A stretch of 64,000 nt of DNA from Rebecca billardiae RCC1528 (GCA_965240325.2 OZ251225.1:2728001-2792000); one strand, 5' to 3'. Shown: positions 33,901 to 45,786, counted from the stretch's first letter. Numbers and translations: made by a program. The notes: generated by a model from the sequence alone, not told the origin.

Positions 33901-35966
33901 CGGCGGATCTGGCGGCGGCGGAGCGCATGCGGAACGAGGCGGAGGCGGCGGAGGCGGCGACGCGGCGGCGCGAGCAGGAGGCATTGGCCGCCGCCGCCGC
34001 CGCCGCCGTCGCTGACGCGGAGGCCGCGGCGCGCGACGCGCGCAGCCGCGCAGCCTCGGAGCAGCGCGCGGCTGCGGAGGCGGCGGCGGCGCGCGGCGCC
34101 GCCGACGCGGCCGCGGACCAGGCGCGCGCGGAGCTGGCGGCGCAGGCGGCGGAGGCGGAGCGGCGGCTGCGCGTCGCGCTCACCGCTGCAGCACAGGCTG
34201 ACGCAGGCGCCGCTGAGGCGGTCTCGCGCCGCGCAGCCGAGGAGGAGGCGGCGGCGGCCGCGGCCGCGGCGCGCGACGCGGCCGCGGCCGACGCAGCCAC
34301 CGCCGTTGCGCGATTTCGGGCGACGGCGGAAGCGGAGGCGGAGGCGGCGAAGGCGGCAGCGGCGGCGCGGCAGGAGGCGGAGGCGGCGGCGGCGCGCGCG
34401 CGCGCGGACGCCGCCGCGGCGCAGCGTGCCGCAGCCGCCGCCGCGGCCAAGGCGGCGGAGGAGGTGGCGGCGGCGAAGGCGGCAGCCGAGGCGGCGCGCG
34501 CCCACGCCGCCGCCGAGGCGGAGGCCGCCGCGGCCGCGGCCGCGGCGCGCGGCGCGGCGGAGGCGGAGGCGGCGCGCAGCGAGGCCGAGGCGGCGGCGGT
34601 TGTGCGTGTCATGGGCACGCCGCCGCCGCCGCAGCCGCCGCCGCAGCCGCGCCCGACCCACGCCGAGCACCGTCACTCGCCCAACGCTCGCCCGTCGCCG
34701 CCGCCGCCGTCGCAACCGCCGCCGCCCTCGCGGCTACCGCAGCCGCCGCAGCCGCCGCGCGCCGCCGCGCGGCCAGCGCGCGCGCCCGCGAGCGCCGCGC
34801 CGCGCGAGCCCGCTGCCGAGGTCGCGGCCGGCGCGGCGGCGCGCGCGCGCGCCGACGCGCTCAATGCCGCCGCCGACGCGTTCGGAGCCCGCCCGCGCTC
34901 GGACTCGGGTGGGGCGGCCGCGGCGGCTGCGGCCGCGCCGGGCGGCGCGCCGAGCGGCGCCCCGGGCACGCGCGCGGCGTGGGAGGCGCGCGCGGCCGCT
35001 GGCCCCGCATCGGCGATGGCGGCGCCGCCGCACACGCCGGTGTCACGCGCCCGCGAGTCGACACTCTCACTCCCTCTCTCCGCGCCGCGCGAGCCCGCGC
35101 CGCCCGCGCCCGCCACGCGCCTGAGCGGCGGCGGTGCCGCCGGCGGCGCGGCTGAGGCGATTGCGCCGCCGCCGCCGCCGGGCGGCGGCGGTGCGGGCGG
35201 CGGCGGCGGCGGCGCGGCGCACGGGGCGAGCACGCCCGCGACGCTCAAGCCTGCGCACACGGCGCTCGCGCACGCCGCGCTCAGCGGCACAGTGCCCCGC
35301 CCGCCCCAGTGGCTCTCGACTCCGCGCTCGGAGCGCCAAGCTGCCCTCGCCGCGCTCGCCGCCGCCGGCTCGCCGCCGGCCGAGCTGGCGACGCGCGGCC
35401 GAGTGCTCATGGCGGCGCGCTGGGCGCACAACGCGGCGATCCACCGAGAACTGGGTCAGGTGGCACAGGAGGTGGAGAGCGCGGAGCGCGAGCTCGTCGC
35501 GGCGCTCGCGCCCACGCCCGGCGCGGCCGAGGCCGACGCGCACGCCGCCCCGGCCGCACTGGGCTTGCCACGGCAGTGGGCGCCCGCGGCCGCGCACGCT
35601 AGCGCGGGCGCGCCTTCCAGCGCAGACGCGCCCGCCGCGGCGCGCGCGAGCGCGCTGCAGGCGTGGCGGCAGCGCTTCCACGCGGCGACGGAGCTGGAGG
35701 AGCGCGCGCTGCGGCACTACCTCACCGTGCACGCGCGCGCCGAGCGCCGGCGCGCGCTCGTCCTGTGGCTCGTGCGCACGGCGGAGGCAAAGGCCACACG
35801 CCGAGAGCTCGATCTCGAGCGCGCGCAGGGCCACCGCGCACCCGGCTCGCGCTCGGGCTCGGTCGGCTCGGGCTCGGCGAGCCGGCGCAGCAGCGCGCCG
35901 CTCTCGCCCGACGCGCAGTCGGCGGCGATGCCGCAGCTCGGCGCGGAGTACACATTCGTCGTGTGA
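30915..35966 (+). CDS. Large Ala/Arg-rich helical protein with Sfi1-like LxxW repeats, a coiled coil and a Pro-rich region
   Basis: Many periodic L-R-x-W-R/H motifs (LRRWQ, LRAWR, LLRWH, LRTWR, LREWH, IRRWA), then an AE-rich coiled coil. Start uncertain (30915 or 30993). Confidence 0.55.
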   Translation: MRRLGASGSRWSVEFPPPPPPALLGAMQPWLAAPDLPISAAGRTAAELRALLLSYVDWKTAMAAAPPSARRRRRRLAAAAMRRWWTRATQRRVFVAKRAAASAAGRVGDAMRAWAGQVARARRASAARALGDTRSAVRRREALSRWRAGARHAAPAARLLATAFAARRRARLARGVAAWRVGGARRAATAARGRAALRAAAAAARGRAAALVARWDAVCVGRERTRAALRTAARVQLGRQWRSLVTVTAAAAAASADMRAAVEGSAARARLAAARALASWAARSGAQLRARTALDRGLRLAACRQLARARAHRAPPAAPVPPAEWQAAVAAELRLGARLRPVTRARLLAAWVPAWRALRRAADARARVRAERAAARAHAAGGACGRALRRWQRARRAARAALADAPSVARAAVLGLQGAPAALRAWRGARARRVRRARRAQRAAEHAAAAALARALRTARVRGAWAACMATLRARGAACATARAVQRWAEAAQEAVAAAGGDPALAAARAAAAARRTAARRERAAAARARAARGARARALRAWRARAARGARAAGAAAAFGARARSDALLRWHRAASLSAAWRRAFAHTRRIGQRAGAARALGAWAAAAARRGAAEAAARRAASAACARWRSRASAAAVDSARSQATTATAIDAAVRAALRTWRGGCALRAAAARERLARFSRRREARAARRALGGWRARARAARAEAARVAGGSRVLGVRRAARALREWHARRAAADDAAITAAERARRAACARAAAALRGWRACTVHTATRREGARALARARAARGAIRRWARFADYAVYERRVSAHQRAIGAILHERTLQRARVASRALDAAARAAAAAGGGGGGGEWGSGEWGGELGESAESSCGGPLAAAAAAASTLADLAGGAAPRTPATAAHAHAHAHAPPPPPSAVLARFAPQSAVAASTAAAHAALNARSPPSRATPARNARTAAHAARTPSSAARLSPPLPAPPAAAGGSAALAELARAAEAARRAADLAAAERMRNEAEAAEAATRRREQEALAAAAAAAVADAEAAARDARSRAASEQRAAAEAAAARGAADAAADQARAELAAQAAEAERRLRVALTAAAQADAGAAEAVSRRAAEEEAAAAAAAARDAAAADAATAVARFRATAEAEAEAAKAAAAARQEAEAAAARARADAAAAQRAAAAAAAKAAEEVAAAKAAAEAARAHAAAEAEAAAAAAAARGAAEAEAARSEAEAAAVVRVMGTPPPPQPPPQPRPTHAEHRHSPNARPSPPPPSQPPPPSRLPQPPQPPRAAARPARAPASAAPREPAAEVAAGAAARARADALNAAADAFGARPRSDSGGAAAAAAAAPGGAPSGAPGTRAAWEARAAAGPASAMAAPPHTPVSRARESTLSLPLSAPREPAPPAPATRLSGGGAAGGAAEAIAPPPPPGGGGAGGGGGGAAHGASTPATLKPAHTALAHAALSGTVPRPPQWLSTPRSERQAALAALAAAGSPPAELATRGRVLMAARWAHNAAIHRELGQVAQEVESAERELVAALAPTPGAAEADAHAAPAALGLPRQWAPAAAHASAGAPSSADAPAAARASALQAWRQRFHAATELEERALRHYLTVHARAERRRALVLWLVRTAEAKATRRELDLERAQGHRAPGSRSGSVGSGSASRRSSAPLSPDAQSAAMPQLGAEYTFVV

Positions 35967-36206
35967 CTGTGACGGCCGGACGATTTGGCTGCTGCTCGCC
36001 GGTCGTGCTGACAGCTGAGGCCCGTGAGGGTGATGGCGCACGCGGACGGCAACTACTAAACTATAGTGATTCGGCCGTTCGGCGAATCCCGGCCGTCAGT
36101 CCCCGCGGGCTGGCAGAGCCCGCTCAAAACGTACGAGTACGATGAACGAATAAGCGCGACTTCGACGATCGATCTCGTCGATCCGTAATAATATATATAT
36201 ATATAT

Positions 36207-38078
36207 ATGATCGGCTACGCCGATCTTCGGGTAGTGAACAACGAAGTTGAGGGCGCACGGCCCTAGTGGCTAGTCACCATCACGCAGCTAGTGAGCTTGT
36301 GAATGTGAGCAGCAGCCGCGGCTTGTGACGACACGGTCGGACGGTCGGACGGTGCCGGTGCGGCGGGGGCAGCGGCGGCGCGACGGCGTCGGCGGTGGCG
36401 CGCTCGTACAGCGTCTGCAGCACGTGCGCAGCGTGACTGCGTGTGCAGCAGCGCGCCGCTCAGCTCCCGCCGCTCCACGCCGCCGCAGCGGCGCGCGCGG
36501 CGCGCGCCCGCCTCGGCCGAGGCCGCGCCCGCCACCATCCGTCGCGCCGCCGCCAGCTGCTGCGCCGTCGGTGACGGCGGTGGGTCGAGTGCAGAGAGGA
36601 GGTGGATGAGCCAGTGCAGCCCGGACTGCGTGACGTCCACGTCCACCACCGCGTCCTCCTTCGCCACCGCCATCTCCTCCGCCCGCCCCGCCCCCCAGCG
36701 GCGGTCCCACCACTTAGTAGGCGGCGACCGCGGCCCGGCGCGTCACGCCGCGCGCGCCCGGCGAGCGCTCGGATGACGAACCGGCTGGGCGGCAGCGTGG
36801 GCGGCGAGGCGACGCGCTCTCCGCCGCTGACGGAGGAGTTGACGGAGGTCGTGCGCGCGAGGTCGGCGGCGGTGTGCGCGGCGGCGCTGGGCGAGTGCGC
36901 CAGCCTCTCGGGCAGCACTGTCACTGAGCACATGCCCCGCCGCGCGCCCGCCGCCGCCCAGGCTCCCGCGCTCGGCCGCGCGCCGCGCCGCCGCGCTGTC
37001 CGGATGGCGCACCTCCCTCGACTGCGCCGCCACCATCGCCCGCGCTCCCTGCAGTCGCCGCCCCCGCCGCCTGCCGTGACGCGCCCGCCGCGCGCCGTGG
37101 GCGGCACTCGCGGGCGTTGTCGTCGGCTGAGAGCGGGCGGCGGTGACGCGCGGGCGGCCGCCGATGGCGAGGGTGAGGACGGACATGCCGTTCGGCGCGC
37201 CTCCCTCGTCCTCGGTGCCGCCACCACCGCCCTCGCTCCCTTCAGCCGCCGCCCCCGACGCCTCCGCTTCGGGCGCTTCCGCTGCACGCCGTCGCGCCCC
37301 ACGCGATCGCCCCACGCGATCGCGCACGTAGTGCCGGCAGTTGGCGACTGTTCGCGACCAGAGAACCCAGAAGTGACGGTTCGTTAACTCGTACCATAAA
37401 ACTTTCCCTACAATAGGCAGAATCAAAGCCGATCGCTGCCCTTTCAAGTTGTCCAGGACACACTCGTTTTCAGAGAGCTGTTAATCCTCGCAGATAGAGA
37501 TGTCGAATCCCACCCGCATGAGCAAGTCAGTAGCTCGATAGCCGTATGATATGAGAGCGCGCGGGAACGTCGGTTCGGACTACCCGCGCAATAACATCTT
37601 TGGTTCGCTTTATGCAGAATCTCGTTTCAGTTGAATGGCGGGCGATCGTCTTTCGTTGAAACGGTGTTTTTGAAGCGCAGTTCTCTTAAGAGAAGAGGGA
37701 TGCGTCTAATCTAAAACGCTGTTTTTCAGAAGCGCGTGAATCAAAGCTGACGACCCAACCTCTCTTTTCTATGGTTGGCGAGCTGTTTCAGGCTCTTACA
37801 ATTCAGGCATCTTACTATGACGGAATGTTCTAACACACGGCTGGTGTTATGTGCTATTCCACCCTGCATTCCCCTAAGTGTTACTATCGTTAAAATTAGC
37901 ATCTACTACAAACGCAATCATTGCGGCAGCGATATCCACTCATACGCGGTGGCCACCTACCGAAAAATCCCCAAAATCCTGCGCGCATCCTCTTTTTGAT
38001 TTTGCGGAGCACGTGCGCCGCCCCCCCCCCGGCTTTCGCTCACGCTCAGACCTTTCGGGGGGGGCCGTGCGCCATAAG
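36207..38078 (-). mobile_element. Non-autonomous Helentron/HINE-like element, family 1, copy A
   Basis: Both ends are the reverse complement of the ends of 55287-57333. subTIRs GGCGCACGGCCC at 36252-36263 and 38062-38073, terminal hairpin at 36209-36225, (TA)n on both flanks. Confidence 0.75.
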
Positions 38079-38292
38079 CATATATATATATCGGTCATCG
38101 GATTATTACTAGATTCCTCCGCGCGCAGCGCATCAGTGTGACACTGATGTTGCTCAGACTCATTCTATGATATATGATTTATTAACGACACAGGTAGGAT
38201 CGACGGCGCAGGTAGTCTCCTGACCGCCCACAATATAATATATGTCGTCGACGAGCTGCGACAGCTTATATATATTCTAGCTGATGTCCCGT

Positions 38293-38324
<32 letters not shown>

Positions 38325-40208
38325 TTGTTATTTGACGTGTCGTCTGGCAAGGCCAAGACTGACTCACTACTGAGTGAGGCGAGACTGGACTCCGAGACCA
38401 AGGGCGGTACCGCCCTTGGGCTTGCCGAGACCCAGTCTGTTGTCCTAGAAGTCGTCAATGTCATCGTAGTAGTTCATGAATACGATTCATATCAATCACG
38501 TGGCGCCTGGCCGCCTGCCGCCTGGCCACCTGCCTGGCGGAGACCGGAGTGACCTGGCGAGGCAGCCACGCCTGTCGTATTATATAGTAAAGCCGCGGCC
38601 GATGAACTTTACGAATAAAGCCAATATAATGTCTGATGCCGTGGCCTTTGCGCACGGTAAAAAAGCAGCGCGAGAGCTTGATTATCGAGCGCTCTGCGCT
38701 GCTGCGCGCGGCGTCGCGTTGGCAGCAGTAGCAGCGCTGGAATCATCAATGCTGTATCTTGCCTATCGTCTCATATTCTGCTTGGCGGCGCGCACTCATG
38801 ACGCCTCGGCCGCCGCCACGCCACGCGCGACTGCGCATGTCGCCTTCAATTCATTCGGACAGCGCGCACGCCCATGCAAGCGCACAGCCGTGAAGCGCCG
38901 AGAGCGTCCGTTGCGAGCACAGCGCCCGAGTGGGGTGCGTTGCGTACAGTAGCTACTCAGGAACGCTACCTAGCGCGTGCGCTCCGCGCCGCGAGATTGT
39001 TCGGCGCTGAGAGCAGTCATGACCACTGAACGTGAGGATGGCATGCCCGCATGGCGGCCGTGAATGAAATGCATGTGAGCAGTGCTAGTGAGTGCTCATC
39101 GTAGCTGCTACCATGGTCATCATGCCTGGCACATGCCAGGGCGCGAGCACACGAGGGCACACGGATAGCCCTGACAACGCATCCCACACGGGCGCCGTGC
39201 TCGCGACGGACGCTCTCGGCTCTTCACGGCTGTGCCCTTGCATGCAGCAGGCGTGTGCACTGTCTCCATTGAAGAATGAAGGCGACGTGCGCGGTCGCGC
39301 GTGGCGTGGCGGCGGCCGAGGCGTCATGAGCGCGCGCTGCCAAGCAGAATGGGCAAGATACATCCAAGCGCCGCTACCACTACCAACGCGACGCCCTCGC
39401 AGCACTCACCGGGATCGCGAGGAAGCGCCCTCGCACGCCCAGTTCTTACCGTGCGCAAAGGCGGGCCCCGCCGCCGCGCGGCAGACATTATTGGCTTTCG
39501 TACAAGTTCGGCCGCGCGGATTTACTACAATAGGCGTGGCTGCCTCGCCAGGAGGCGAGGCAGGCGAGCGTCTGCCTCGCGCGCACTGGCGCGATCTGCG
39601 TCGCCGGAGCAAGGGCCGAACACCGAGAGTGCGGTGGTCGCGCGCCTCGCGCGGTCTCGCCGCAGGAAAGTGAGACGACGACGTATCTTTACGTTCTCTG
39701 ATCTGCTTAGTAAACTGTACAGTTTACTCATCAGAATAAGACTACTTATACAGTTTACATGAGCTGTGTCTCTTATTCGAATCAACAGCAGTATAATTAT
39801 GCTCAAGGCGCCTGCGACCATGAGCCGAGTGTGCGCAGAAAAACTGATGAGTAAACTGTATATAGGGGTATTTTGCGTATCGTAAGGGCCCTTATAGTTC
39901 ACCGCCAACGCTTATGATAATGTCATTCGGAGCACGTCCGGTTGGTTCTTATCTACAGAGGGGGTCGGTCGTATGAGGCTGTACCCCCATACTTTGAACC
40001 TGATGCCGTAGAAGCAGCGCGCGGCGCGCGCTGAAGAACTCATCGGGGCAGGGTGCGACTGAAGTCAGCGTCGGCTGTGTGGGCGCTGCCGCCTCGCCAC
40101 CCGGCCTCCCGTGACGTCTGGCGAGCGGCCCCTGATCGCCACTTTCGCCAGCCACAACGACAACTGCTCGGTACAACGTTCACAGCCCACGCCCAGCACT
40201 CAGCAGGC

Positions 40209-41477
40209 ATGGCGGTAGGCCCTCGCCTTACCTCCAGCACCGCGATACAGTGCGTGTCGCAGAGGCTTCTCGGCCAACTGCTGCTGCTGCTGGTGGTCAT
40301 GGCGCTCGCATCCCAGACGGCCGTCGGCGCGGGTGCAGACCCCCCGCCTCAGCTACGCACCGCCGGGAGCCAGCCGCTCCGCGCAGCGCCGTCGTCCTCA
40401 TCCGCGCGTCTCTCTTCACACGCAGGCAAGAAGATGAACTCGACCTCGGCTACTACTCACGACCTGTGCGCGTCGTTTCCGTCTCGGCCAAGCATCAGCA
40501 AGGCGTACTACATCAACCGCCGCAAGGACTCCAAGCGCCGCGCCTTCATGGAGAAGAGCCTGGCCGCGGCGGGCATCCCGAGCGTGCGCGTCGAAGCGAT
40601 TGAGCCGCCGGTGACCGACGTGCTCCCGCTGCTCACCAAGGCGGGAAAACTGCCGCGCTCGGCATTCATGGAGACGATGCACTCGCAGCGACGCTGTGCC
40701 CAGAAGACGACGCCCTGGTGGCCTGGGGGCGAGCGCCTCCCGCCCACGCTGTGCGTCAACGCAATCCTGCAAATGCCGTTCGGTTGCCCGCACTGGTCTG
40801 CGTACGGCGCAAACTTCACAGAGCTGGCGCGCACCGCCGGCATGAGCAAGTCGATCTGCGGTAGTATGATCGCGAACTTCCTGAGCGGGCTCGTGGCGAT
40901 CCGGCGGATCCAAGACGACCTCGCCGCGCTGCGCGCCGCCGAGCCGCATGCCGCGCGCTCCCCGGCCGACCGCTCGCCGCGGCCGGACGAGCGGTACGTG
41001 CTGCTGCTCGAGGACGACTCCAAAGTGCTTCCGGACTGGCGGCCGCGGCTGTGCCGCTTGCTGCGCGAGTTCCCGCCGCACACGTGGGACGTGGCGAAGG
41101 TAGACATTGACGGCACCAACAACACGAGCGTGCGCGCGTGGATGCAGCGCTTCACCGCGCTGGCATCCAAGGAGTCCAAGCCGCTGTACACGTCGGCGGA
41201 GCTGGCGCGCATGCGCGCGGACCCGATGGCGTGGCAGGCGAACAGCGAGGTGGACATGCTGCGCGTGCCGCTGGTGTACGGCATGGCGGGGGTGCTGCTC
41301 CGCGAGAATGCCGTGCCGACGCTGCGCAATCTTATGGAGGAGAGCGAGATCCAATTGACCGACATGCTCATCGGCAGGTGGGCGAAGCGCCGCTCGCTCC
41401 GCGTGGCGGTTGCAACCGAGCGGCTCTGCGACGCGGACAACGACATCCAGCGTGCATCCACCCTCAACGGAGCCTAG
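40209..41477 (+). CDS. GT25-like glycosyltransferase (paralogue 2)
   Basis: N-terminal hydrophobic anchor, AYYINRRKDSKRRAFM, LLLEDD. Confidence 0.65.
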   Translation: MAVGPRLTSSTAIQCVSQRLLGQLLLLLVVMALASQTAVGAGADPPPQLRTAGSQPLRAAPSSSSARLSSHAGKKMNSTSATTHDLCASFPSRPSISKAYYINRRKDSKRRAFMEKSLAAAGIPSVRVEAIEPPVTDVLPLLTKAGKLPRSAFMETMHSQRRCAQKTTPWWPGGERLPPTLCVNAILQMPFGCPHWSAYGANFTELARTAGMSKSICGSMIANFLSGLVAIRRIQDDLAALRAAEPHAARSPADRSPRPDERYVLLLEDDSKVLPDWRPRLCRLLREFPPHTWDVAKVDIDGTNNTSVRAWMQRFTALASKESKPLYTSAELARMRADPMAWQANSEVDMLRVPLVYGMAGVLLRENAVPTLRNLMEESEIQLTDMLIGRWAKRRSLRVAVATERLCDADNDIQRASTLNGA

Positions 41478-41636
41478 CAGCAGCAAGCAGTGTCAATATC
41501 GCCCATTCGAATCATCATAGCATCGTCAGATGGCAGTATACAGCTCCCCCGGGCAACGTCAATAGAGCGCGCTCTCTCTCGCTCTCTCTTGCTTTCTCTC
41601 TACTCATCTCTCTGACTCTCTCTCTCTCTCTCTCGC

Positions 41637-42173
41637 TCATCGAGGCCAAGCTATCGGGGATTGAGGGATGGGATTTGAGCAACGAACGACAGCGGGCGCT
41701 GGCAGCAGCGTGGCGGTTGAGCTGCTGCCCGAGGTCGAGAGGGCGCCCGCGAGTCGTCAGTCACTGAGCGAGGTCGATTAAGCGGCTGATGGCTCGCTGA
41801 CACAGTGCGCGTATGGAATCCATTCCATATCCGCCAGAGGGTGGGCGGGCGGGCAAACGATGCCGAATCGTGCGGGTTGATGCAACAGCGGCGAGAGCAA
41901 GAGGGCATTGCATGAGGGGCGACGCGGCGAGGACACGGATGATGTAGTCGCGCCGCCGAACGATCAGGCGGGGAGCCAGGCCACACGGGACAGCCAGCGA
42001 CCTACCGAGCAGAGGGGCTGCTGTCTCCGGTGCACCTCCGTGGAGGAGAGTCAGAGTGCACCTGAGGATCCGATGCAGGCGACCCCCCTGCCCAGCTCGG
42101 CGCCTTCGTCGCAAGCAGCCCATGCGCCCCGCGAGCCGGCGGAAGCTTGGCCCCGATAGCTTGGCCTCGATGA
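41637..42173. mobile_element. MITE-like element with perfect 23-bp TIRs
   Basis: TCATCGAGGCCAAGCTATCGGGG at 41637-41659 and its exact reverse complement at 42151-42173. No clear TSD. Confidence 0.65.
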
Positions 42174-42446
42174 CGAACGAGTAACAAACCGAGTGAGTGG
42201 CGAGTCCTGCAGGTGTCGCCGCTGCGGGCCGGATTGGCAGCGGCACCACTCACCAGCACTCACCAGGACTCCTGCGCGCGGCGGTGCGCGCGGGACAACG
42301 CTGGATGCCATGCGAGCCGGATTCTTGATGGCGTTGCTCATAGACACTCAGTTATAGATTTTCTATAACGCCCCATATATATAGAGCTATATATATGACT
42401 ACATATAGCTCTATATACCGCTATATACCGCTATATATCGCTATAT

Positions 42447-42449
42447 ACA

Positions 42450-42542
<93 letters not shown>
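42447..42542. repeat. (CA)n(GA)n microsatellite
   Basis: Read directly. Confidence 0.95.
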
Positions 42543-42545
<3 letters not shown>

Positions 42546-43396
42546 TCTGACTTCTTCTCGTTGTCTAGTACCTCGTCGATGGTCTCAACTAGTTTTGGCG
42601 TCACGACGGGCTGCATCTGAGTCATCACAACAGGGAGATGATGGCTCTTGTGCTTACAGTATGGCCCGTGATGTCTGATGAGCGCGCGCGCTGGGGCTCG
42701 AGGGTGCGCAACGCACGAATGGGATAGTGCTGCCTAGAAACGCTGCGGACCGCGCCCCTTGTCGAGCATGTCGTACGCCACGCGGGCGCTCCAGGCCTCG
42801 CGTGCCTGTGCCGGCATTCCATCGGCGGCATGCGCGTGGCCCGCGTGTCCTCCAGGTGCGGAGGATCCACAACATCCCCGGCAGCAGTATGAGCGTCGCG
42901 CCGCCTCTGTAAGGCTGTGAGCAAGCATGGCGGCCAATGCTGTTCTTACTCCGCGTGCCCCCTGCCCCCCCCCCCCCCCCCCCCCGGCCCCGTCCCCCAT
43001 CCGTGTACCGCCATTGACCCCGGCCGGCCACCCCCCTCGCTGTCGACGCTGTCGAGTTCGTCGCATCATTCAGGCGGAGGAGCGCCACTAGCTGTCCGGC
43101 TGGGCCGCGGCGCTGGTGTCGGCCGGGCAGGGTGCGCCGGAGGGCAGGCGCAGCGGAGGTGGGCGGCTGCGCGATGTGTGCTGCTCTGCCCGGTCCCAAA
43201 GGCGCAGTCCGCCTCCGAGCGTGCCTGCCTGCAGGCGCGGACTGCCAAACGCACCACTCCCGTCACGTCGGCCATCGCCCCCGGCCAGGTGGCCCCGACA
43301 ATATGTACAGTTTACTCAGAATAAGAGACGCACACAGACAGTACAGCAGTACTACTAAAGCGAAAGCGCATGCTTACACTTATGTACCGTACAATA

Positions 43397-43441
43397 CAGT
43401 TTACTAAGAATAAGAGACGCACACAGCTCAGGCAGGCGAGA
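43397..43441 (+). repeat. 45-bp TA-flanked dispersed unit CAGTTTACTAAGAATAAGAGACGCACACAGCTCAGGCAGGCGAGA
   Basis: Other copies at 43308-43337 (+, partial) and at 55254-55290, 57378-57422, 57425-57473, ~63471-63510 and 63665-63709 (all -). Degenerate copies at ~39708-39860. Confidence 0.85.
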
Positions 43442-43509
43442 TAGACGCCAGTAGCAAGGGTGGTCGAATCGCGCCCGCCGCGCGGAAAAGACGCTCTCCA
43501 CCAATTTCC

Positions 43510-43570
43510 ATGGCGGCAGGCCCCGGCCCCGCCTCCACCGCGATGAAGCGCGTGCCGTGGCTTCCCAGCC

Positions 43571-43602
<32 letters not shown>

Positions 43603-44760
43603 ATCGCGCTCCCAACCCTTACGGCCGTCGGCGCGGGTGCAGAACCCCCGCCTCAGCCACGCACCGCCGGGAGCCAGCCGCTCCGCGCAGCGCCATTGTC
43701 CTCATCCGCCCAGAGCGACGCGAGGAAGAACTCGACCTCGCCCGGCGACCCGTGCGCGTCGTTTCCGTCTCGGCCAAGCATCAGCAAGGCGTACTACATC
43801 AACCGCCGCAAGGACTCCCAGCGCCGCGCCTTCATGGAGAAGAGCCTGGCCGCGGCGGGCATCCCGAGCGTGCGCGTCATGGCGATCGAGCCGCCGGTGA
43901 CCGACGTGCTCCCGCTACTCACCACAGCGGGCAAGCGTCCGCGCTCGGCATTCATGGAGACGCTGCACTCGCAGCGGCGCTGCGCCCAGAAGACGACGCC
44001 CATGTGGCCCCAGGCCTCCCGCCTCCCGCCCGCGCTGTGTGTCAACGCGATCCTGCGCATGCCCGTCGGCTGCCCGCACTTCTCCGCATACGGCGCTAAC
44101 TTCACAGAGCTGGCGCGCACCGCCGGCCTGAGCAAGTCGATCTGCGGTGGTCTGATCGCGAACTTCCTGAGTGGGCTCGTGGCGATCCGGCGGATCCAAG
44201 ACGACCTCGCCGCACTGCGCGCCGCCGAGCCGCATGCCACGCGCTCCCCCGCCGACCGCGGTCACCGCACGCCGCGGCCGGACGAGCGGTACATGCTGCT
44301 GCTCGAGGACGACTCCAAAGTGCTTCCGGACTGGCGGCCGCGGCTGTGCCGCTTGCTGCGCGAGTTCCCGCCGCACACGTGGGACGTGGCGAAGGTGGAC
44401 GTTGACGGCGCCGACCGCACGAGCGTGCGCGTGCGGATGCAGCGCTCCGGCACGCTGTCCTCCAAGCCGCTGTACACGTCGGCGGAGCTGGCACGCATGC
44501 GCGCGGACCCGATGGCGTGGCAGGCGAACAGCGAGGTGGACGTGCTGCGCGTGCCGCTGGTGTACGGCATGGCGGCGGTGCTGCTCCGCGAAAGCGCTGT
44601 GCCTACGCTGCGCAATCTGATGGAGTGGTGCGAGATCCAGGTGACCGACATGCTCATCGGCAGGTGGGCGAAGCGCCGCTCGCTCCGCGTGGCGGTCGCG
44701 GCCGAGCGGCTGTGCGACGCGGACAACGACATCCAGCGTGCATCCACCATAAACAGCTAG
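43510..44760 (+). CDS. GT25-like glycosyltransferase (paralogue 3, recent duplicate of 40209)
   Basis: Poly-Leu (CTG)n signal/anchor. Closely similar to paralogue 2 along its whole length. Confidence 0.65.
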
Positions 44761-44974
44761 CTAGCATACAGCAGTAGCATGCATGATACAGTGTATAGCC
44801 TCATCGGTCTCAGCAACATACTCAGGCTCATCACGAGTTTATAACACTACTCCGAGTCCCAGCATATAATTTAATCTGCATATATTATAATCGGACTGAA
44901 TGACGAGCTAAGCCTAAGTAACTAGCGCAGCGTCGTATATCCCGCATTCGTCGAGTCACATTATTCAATCGTCA

Positions 44975-45786
44975 TCAGACTACGACATGTATGCATGGCG
45001 GCTCCGGCTTCGGTTCGGTAACCGCGGTCGGCGTCGCAGAGGTCTGAGCTGCTGCGCGCTGCGCGTCGGATGCGGCCGGCCGCCGGCGGCGGTCGTCGGC
45101 GAGTGCCATCTGGAGGCCGCGGCTCTCTTGCAGGGTGGGTCCAGTGGCGCCATCTCGCAGGCCCGAGTGGTGGATGTGGAACGGCGGCAAGCCGAGCAGC
45201 CGCCAGCTGCCCTCCTCCGCGAGGCCCAAGAAGACGCCGCGTACCCAGACGCGCTCGCCGGCGCGCATGCCCAGTGGCATGATCGGGCTCCGTAGTCGAC
45301 CCAGCCGTACCCGCCGATGCTCGTGTGCGGGCCGACGCGTACGAGGAGCGTGGTGAGCCCCGCGCCCTGCTGCGCGCACTGCTGGTACGTGATCGCGCGC
45401 GGCGGCATGTTCGCCCTCATGCCGGGATCGCCGACGCCCGGCGCGACCTGGAGCGTCACGCGCTCGCGCAGCGGGGCGTCGTCTGTCCACGATGCAGCTG
45501 CGCCTCGACGTGGGCGGCGCGCGCAAACGCCTCCGAGAGCGGGACGATGTAGGCGCGGCACCACGCGCGGTAGTTCTCGTGAGCGTGTCGCGGCGCATCG
45601 CTCGGGCGTCTCCACCACCGAGAGCCCGCGGCTGTCCACTGCGCAAATGGCGCCGGCGGCGCCGAAGAGCAGAGGAGCGCCTGCCACACCCCCGTCCGCT
45701 TGGTCTGCAATACGTGCAGTTCGCAGCGAGCGGGGAGACAGGCCGCCGCGCGAGACCGCGGGCAGTGGGGCGTCATGAATCAACAC
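44975..45786 (-). pseudogene. Probable frameshifted or truncated gene remnant
   Basis: Coding-like blocks LLVRVGPHTSIGGYGW and VWVRGVFLG...LLGLPPFHIHH lie in different frames with no room for an intron (~45290). A stop follows soon after. Confidence 0.35.

Noticed and set aside
36263-37447. ORFs inside HINE copy A as an intact gene
   Set aside because: Could not build a consistent spliced model, so treated as cargo fragments.
39092-39673. 193-aa ORF
   Set aside because: No motif, and it lies in decayed repeat-rich spacer.
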